23,864 bases of DNA from Promethearchaeota archaeon (GTDB taxonomy: Archaea; Asgardarchaeota; Lokiarchaeia; Sigyniarchaeales; SOKP01). A model generated the notes under the pieces. That model was given only the letters and a program-made list of their open reading frames with translations, was not told where the DNA came from and did not search any database. The stretch lies in the NCBI GenBank assembly GCA_048940925.1, contig JBHLOC010000041.1:1-23864 (forward strand), written 5' to 3'. The position numbers were made by a program, and so were the translations under genes. Of this stretch, positions 19,266-23,864 are shown piece by piece; the first letter of the stretch is position 1, and each line of letters begins with the position of its first letter.

Positions 19266-20420
19266 TTAGGTTTTTTCTAATTCCATCTGGGAAATAGCTT
19301 TTCCAGATCGAAATGGAATATCCTCAAGAGACATTCCCGCTTCATAATTGAATTTTTCTTTAAAGGCTTCATTTAATGACTGGAAATACAGCGATAACGG
19401 TAAGTTCTGTGGACAATTGTTATCGCAGTTTCCACATTCAACACAACGATCTGCATCATGAGCGATTCTTGTCAATTGATAGGTTGCTTTATCTATAGTT
19501 TTATCTTTTCTTTTCTTCATAAGAATGCAATCAACACAGTAACAAACCGGACATCCCCGGATACATGTATTACACATTGTGCATTTAAGTAATTCAGCCA
19601 TCTTTTCTTCTTGAGATAATTTGTTCCACTCTTCTAAATCTTTTGCTCTTTTTTCTTTTGCTTTTTCAATTATTTCGTCATATTTATCTGAATGAGTTTT
19701 TTTGATTTTATCTGGAAGTGATTTTTTGTTAATTCCTGATTTTTCCAATACATCACTTCCTTTATCTGAATATACTTTCAGGATAATCTCACCTGAATCA
19801 ATAGGAATACCAAGATCACTCACAGTTAAATCAGCAACGATGGGAATTTTACGATAACACCTCGAACAATTTTCGGCAACAGTAAGATTAAGTTCTTTAA
19901 TGCTTCCATCATCCATCATTACAATTAGACCTTTGTCTCCTACCTTTTCCTTGACAATTTTTGTAGCATCGACATCCTTAATTTTTCTCATTTCTCTTCC
20001 TGCTTTAGGAAGCATTCCTCTATCTTCAATCCCAATAACAAAAAGATTATCAAGTTTTACTTGTCTGATTTTAGCAAGCTCGATTAATGCTCTAGTGTCA
20101 CAAGGGCGTGCTATAAGCCCTACTTTTTCATTCATTGCCCCTTCTACTGATTTATGTAAAAACTTAGAAGCGGAATCAGTTCGTGCATATCCAAACGCTA
20201 TTAAAGGAGACAATGGAAAATCTTTTAGATCTTCTTCTTTTTCTACTAGTTTTGGCTGAACAGTAAACCTATCTGTTTCTCCAGATTTTTTATCAACTCT
20301 TAATTGAGCACCTATTATCTTATCAACTATCTTTTCTTTTAATAAAGTACTTAATATTATTGGAAAATCCTCCAACTTTATCAGATATTCTGCCATAGCT
20401 TCCATGTATTTCCAACTCAA
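19266..20420 (-). CDS. FdhB/FrhB-family Fe-S subunit (divergent), C-terminal 4Fe-4S dicluster
   Basis: RPCDTRALIELAK, NCSRC, CTMCNTCIRGCPVCYCVDC, CVECGNCDNNCP; the true start may be ATG at 20405 or 20396. Confidence 0.8.
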   Translation of the reverse strand: MSWKYMEAMAEYLIKLEDFPIILSTLLKEKIVDKIIGAQLRVDKKSGETDRFTVQPKLVEKEEDLKDFPLSPLIAFGYARTDSASKFLHKSVEGAMNEKVGLIARPCDTRALIELAKIRQVKLDNLFVIGIEDRGMLPKAGREMRKIKDVDATKIVKEKVGDKGLIVMMDDGSIKELNLTVAENCSRCYRKIPIVADLTVSDLGIPIDSGEIILKVYSDKGSDVLEKSGINKKSLPDKIKKTHSDKYDEIIEKAKEKRAKDLEEWNKLSQEEKMAELLKCTMCNTCIRGCPVCYCVDCILMKKRKDKTIDKATYQLTRIAHDADRCVECGNCDNNCPQNLPLSLYFQSLNEAFKEKFNYEAGMSLEDIPFRSGKAISQMELEKT

Positions 20421-20502
20421 AATATAAATTTAAATTTGTTCTTTATTTTTTTTCAAACATTAAATCTTTTAATATATTCATCTAAAATTTAAAATATTTT
20501 TT

Positions 20503-20575
20503 ATGTGTTTTATGGTGCACCCATTTCTTTAACTGAGCTCTCATTTTTTTAACTCAGCTTCATTAGATAACACAT
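20503..20575 (-). promoter_or_regulatory. candidate SECIS element in the 3' UTR of mvhD
   Basis: Minus-strand RNA: AUGUGUU..UCU-AAUGA-A-GCUGAGUU-AAAAAAAUGAG-AGCUCAGU-U-AA-AGA..AUGG-GUGCA-CCAU..AACACAU; AUGA core, 8-9 bp stem, A-rich loop, 7-bp outer helix; begins 7 nt after the stop of a UGA-containing gene. Confidence 0.6.
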
Positions 20576-20582
20576 TAATTTT

Positions 20583-21041
20583 TTAAGCTTTAGCTTTCGC
20601 TTTAGCTTTTTCTTTAGGCGTGCCTTTTTTCGGACGTAAGGGACTTGGTCCTAATTTACGTATGGTCTTATCGATTTTAATGGCTTCTTGTTGAAATTTC
20701 TGACCTTCAGCTGCAGTACAGTATATAATTTTTATTCTTTCTGGACTAAGTCCAACAACTTGTAAAATTTCTTTAATATACTCCACTTGACGATACGCAT
20801 AATAATTACCTGTCTCATAATCACATTCTCCAGGATATCAAGCATTAATAACCACACCATCAGCACCTCTTCCAAACGCTCGCATTATTAAATCAGGTCC
20901 TACCCGTCCACTACATGGTACTAAGACATTTCTAATGCTATCAGGATATTGAGCACGTATAGTACCTGCCATATCAGCACTGCCATAACCTCACTTCCAG
21001 CACGCATATACAATTATCTTAATATCATTATTTTCTGCCAT
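20583..21041 (-). CDS. mvhD: MvhD/VhuD [2Fe-2S] subunit, selenoprotein with two Sec (codons 17 and 68)
   Basis: ATG at 21041 after GAGGT; MAENNDIKIIVYACWK-U-GYGSADMAG...VPCSGRV...GADGVVINA-U-YPGECDY; in-frame TGA at 20991-20993 and 20838-20840 fall at conserved Cys; continues in frame into ORF 20583..20786; 152 aa. Confidence 0.92.
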
Positions 21042-21054
21042 TTTACTTACCTCT

Positions 21055-23031
21055 CTACTCTTCAATTGGTAATAATTCATCTACTAATGCCATATACTGA
21101 TCGTCTCTAAAATATGTTAACTCAATAGCTTTTGAAGGACAAAGCGAAGCGCAAGTTCCACAACCTCGACAATTTATTAAATTTACAACAATATTTCCTC
21201 TTTCATTTACTGATATTGCACTGTATGGACAGGCTTCTATGCATTTATAACATTTGGCACAACGCTCGTCTGATGGTGTAGCACGGATTAGTTCCATTGT
21301 ATATTCTCCTTTACTCATTGGAATACCTGCTACAGATGCTGCACCTCTAGCTTGACTGACAGTTTTATCAATCTCTTTTTGACCCTGTGCAGAACCACAA
21401 ATGTAAATACCTGGAACTTTTGTACTAATTGGATCAAGTCGAGCATGATATTCCTTTAAAAATCCATCTGGACTTTTCTCCATGTTCAGGACTTTAGCGA
21501 TCTCCATTGTACCTTGTGATGGCAGAGATGCAGATGATAATACCACCATATGAGCTTCCATTGTAACAACAGAATCTGTCCCAACTGGTTCAAATTGCAC
21601 TTTAAGATTTTTTGTCAAAGGATCTTCTTCAATTTTTCCAACTAATCCCTTTACAAAAATAATTCCAGCATTTCGAGAACGCCTATAATATTCTTCATAA
21701 TCTTTTCCCGCACATCGCATATCTATATATGTACATACAATTTGGGAATCGGGATATTCTGATTTAATTAATTTTGAGTTTTTAAGAGAAAGATTGCAAC
21801 AGATAACACTACAGTGAGCATTCTTATTTACATCTCTCGAACCAACGCAATTAATGAATATGATTTTTGTAGGGCGTTTACCATCAGATGGTCGTTTTAA
21901 GTGACCATAGGTAGGACCATTTGGAGCCAGTATCCTCTCTAATTCTATTTGATTAATAACATTATCATAAATACCATACCCATAATCGTCTCCTTTATAA
22001 AGATCCCAACCTGTAGCTACAATTATAGTACCAACTTTTAATTCTAATATTTTATCTTGTTGACTGAAATCAATCGCTTCTTGTTCACATGCATCAACGC
22101 ATGCAAAACATTCTACACAAACATTTCTATCGAGTTGTGATATTGCTGGTACTGCTTGAGCAAAAACAATATCAATAGCTTTTCTTGCAGATAAATGCTC
22201 ATCAAAATAATTACTCGTATATACTGGACAAACATCGGTACATGTTCCACAGCCAGTGCATTTATCTTCATCGACAAATCGGGCTTTTCTTCTAATTTTA
22301 ACCGTAAAATTTCCAATGTAGCCATCTATTTCGTCAACTTCGCTAAATGATAAAATTTCTATATTTGGATGTCGATTAGCTTCAAGCATTTTTGGACCCA
22401 GGATTCATATAGAACAATCATCTGTGGGAAAAGTTCTATCAAGTTGGGACATGCGTCCTCCAATTGTTGTATTTTTTTCTACTAAATAAACTTTATAACC
22501 AGCATCTCCTAAATCTATTGCTGCCGTTAAACCTGCTATTCCTCCACCCACAACTAAAGCAGTAGGTTCTACAGGGACAGTTTTAGTTGGAACATCTTCT
22601 AATAATTTTGCTCTGGCAATTCCTGCTTTAATCAATTCAATAGCTTTAAGTGTAGCCCTCTCACGGACTTCTGGAGCTTGATGTACAAATGAACAATGCT
22701 CACGAATATTTACAAACTCTAAATATCTTGGTGGTAAGCCCATCTCTTCCAAAATAGCATGAAAAACTGGTTCATGTGTTTTTGGAGTGCATGCAGCTAC
22801 CAAAATTCTATCAAATTTCCTCTCTTCATGCTTTTCCTTGATTTCACTCGACCCGCCTTCGGTACATAAGGAAAGGTAAGGGTAAGCCCAAACATTCTCT
22901 ATTTTATTAATTTCTTCGATAATTTTAGGAATATCTAAGATCCCAGCGATATTAATACCTCAATGACATACAAACACGCCTATTCTTAGCTTTTCTTCGA
23001 TATTATTATCCGTGGTCTGTTTTACAGACAC
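21055..23031 (-). CDS. hdrA: heterodisulfide reductase subunit A (flavin/Fe-S), selenoprotein with two Sec (codons 24 and 209)
   Basis: GTG at 23031 after AAGGTGA; RIGVFVCH-U-GINIAG (TGA 22960-22962), AACTP, NIREHCS, GGGIAG, FPTDDCSI-U-ILGPKM (TGA 22405-22407), CVGSR, CSVICC, ferredoxin motifs; joins ORFs 22405..22803 and 21055..22389 in one frame; 658 aa. Confidence 0.93.
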
Positions 23032-23090
23032 ATCGATCACCTTTGTTAAACCTAACCTCCTAAATTTTGAAAACTATATGCTTTGCTATC

Positions 23091-23113
23091 TTCTTAGAGA
23101 TTCTTTCTAAGAA
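23091..23113. promoter_or_regulatory. 8-7-8 inverted repeat upstream of hdrA (possible operator or hairpin)
   Basis: ttcttaga-gattctt-tctaagaa, about 60 bp upstream of the hdrA start. Confidence 0.35.
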
Positions 23114-23372
23114 ATGTATTATGATCTTGTAAATAGTCAATATTATTAAAATTAAATTATTATCAAATTTTAATTCAATTCTTCAATAATCTGATAATTT
23201 AATCGCAGTTCCTTTTTTAAGATCACTATTCTGATTTGAAATAACTAAATTCGACGTAATTCTCTCCAACTTTTACTGTTTTTCGTAATTTTCACAAAAA
23301 ATATGATTAATTTAGATCAAAATAAAAAGATTTTTTTTATTTATTTTAAATTTTTTAGTAGATTTTAGGTAT

Positions 23373-23864
23373 TTAAGGTAATATCCCTAATTCTTTCAAT
23401 TTTACTTCAGTAGGTCTTCCTGTATTCCAATCCCATCCACGAATATTATAATATTTTTTCAAATTTTCCTCTAAGTCAAGTTTTACTCCTTTAACTCTTC
23501 CTGATGATAAGATTTTCATATTATGATTTGGCAATCTATCGTCTTTTGTTGTAATTCCTAAATTACAGCTGATTATACGCTTCAAATTGTTTATACGCTC
23601 CCCAACTTTCATTAGTGATTTTCTATCATAATTAAACCCTGTAGCTGCATTAATGTATCCAATAATGTGCTCGAGTGAAGGATTTGCAAAGTTACAATTC
23701 ACAGCAGAATCATCAATAGCTCTGATATCTTGAAGATTTGCAATGCCTCTTTCGCTTCCTTTTATATTATTTCTTCCTTTACTTCTTTTTATACGTAATA
23801 TTGGATGATTTACATTCCCTAATTCAGCACCATACCAATCGCACTTGTTATGATTTGCTCCAAC
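23373..23864 (-). CDS. aldehyde:ferredoxin oxidoreductase family protein, C-terminal part (5' end beyond the window edge)
   Basis: Frame open from 23864: VGANH...DDSAVNCNF...GERINNLKR...DDRLP...YYNIRGWD..GRPT..KLKELG, typical of the AOR C-terminus. Confidence 0.88.
   Translation of the reverse strand, partial: VGANHNKCDWYGAELGNVNHPILRIKRSKGRNNIKGSERGIANLQDIRAIDDSAVNCNFANPSLEHIIGYINAATGFNYDRKSLMKVGERINNLKRIISCNLGITTKDDRLPNHNMKILSSGRVKGVKLDLEENLKKYYNIRGWDWNTGRPTEVKLKELGILP

Noticed and set aside
1471-22325. Short overlapping ORFs at 1471, 5392, 5686, 8002, 8144, 10428, 11840, 12438, 15857, 19900 and 22113
   Set aside because: They lie antisense or out of frame within well-supported genes and show no motifs
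20583-23031. hdrA and mvhD as pseudogenes or separate small genes (as split in the ORF track)
   Set aside because: All four interruptions are TGA, in frame and at conserved Cys positions, with no frameshifts or other stops; this fits Sec recoding
23041-23372. SECIS in the hdrA 5' region
   Set aside because: No AUGA-core stem-loop was found by eye on the minus strand; only the short inverted repeat
1-23864. Genome-wide reassignment of UGA (genetic code 4 or 25)
   Set aside because: TGA ends the ABC ATPase (1012-1014) and gap (2968-2970) at their expected C-termini, and other long ORFs are not fragmented
1-23864. CRISPR array, tRNA/rRNA, transposase or integrase
   Set aside because: No regularly spaced repeats, GC-rich structural RNA segments or mobile-element protein motifs were seen

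Overview
Strongly AT-rich window (GC not computed), most consistent with an Asgard archaeon (Lokiarchaeia). That assignment rests on a Loki-type profilin and on selenocysteine (UGA)-containing HdrA and MvhD. Left arm: ABC-2 exporter, a small unannotated acidic ORF, class I (bacterial/eukaryotic-type) GAPDH, DHA2 MFS transporter, crotonase-family enzyme, ProX/YbaK editing protein, FwdF-like ferredoxin, and two membrane proteins, one of them bracketed by a duplicated promoter-region segment. Middle: a profilin with a ~95-aa C-terminal extension, and two paralogous ~6-TM MCP-like receptors that share conserved upstream DNA and flank a 3xPAS histidine kinase. Right arm (minus strand): AOR (partial), hdrA, mvhD, a divergent fdhB-like gene and GH127. 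The ORF track fragments hdrA and mvhD because each carries two in-frame TGA codons at conserved Cys positions. Only one SECIS-like hairpin is visible, 3' of mvhD, and it may serve all four UGAs across two cistrons. All assignments come from motif recognition by eye; no searches were run.
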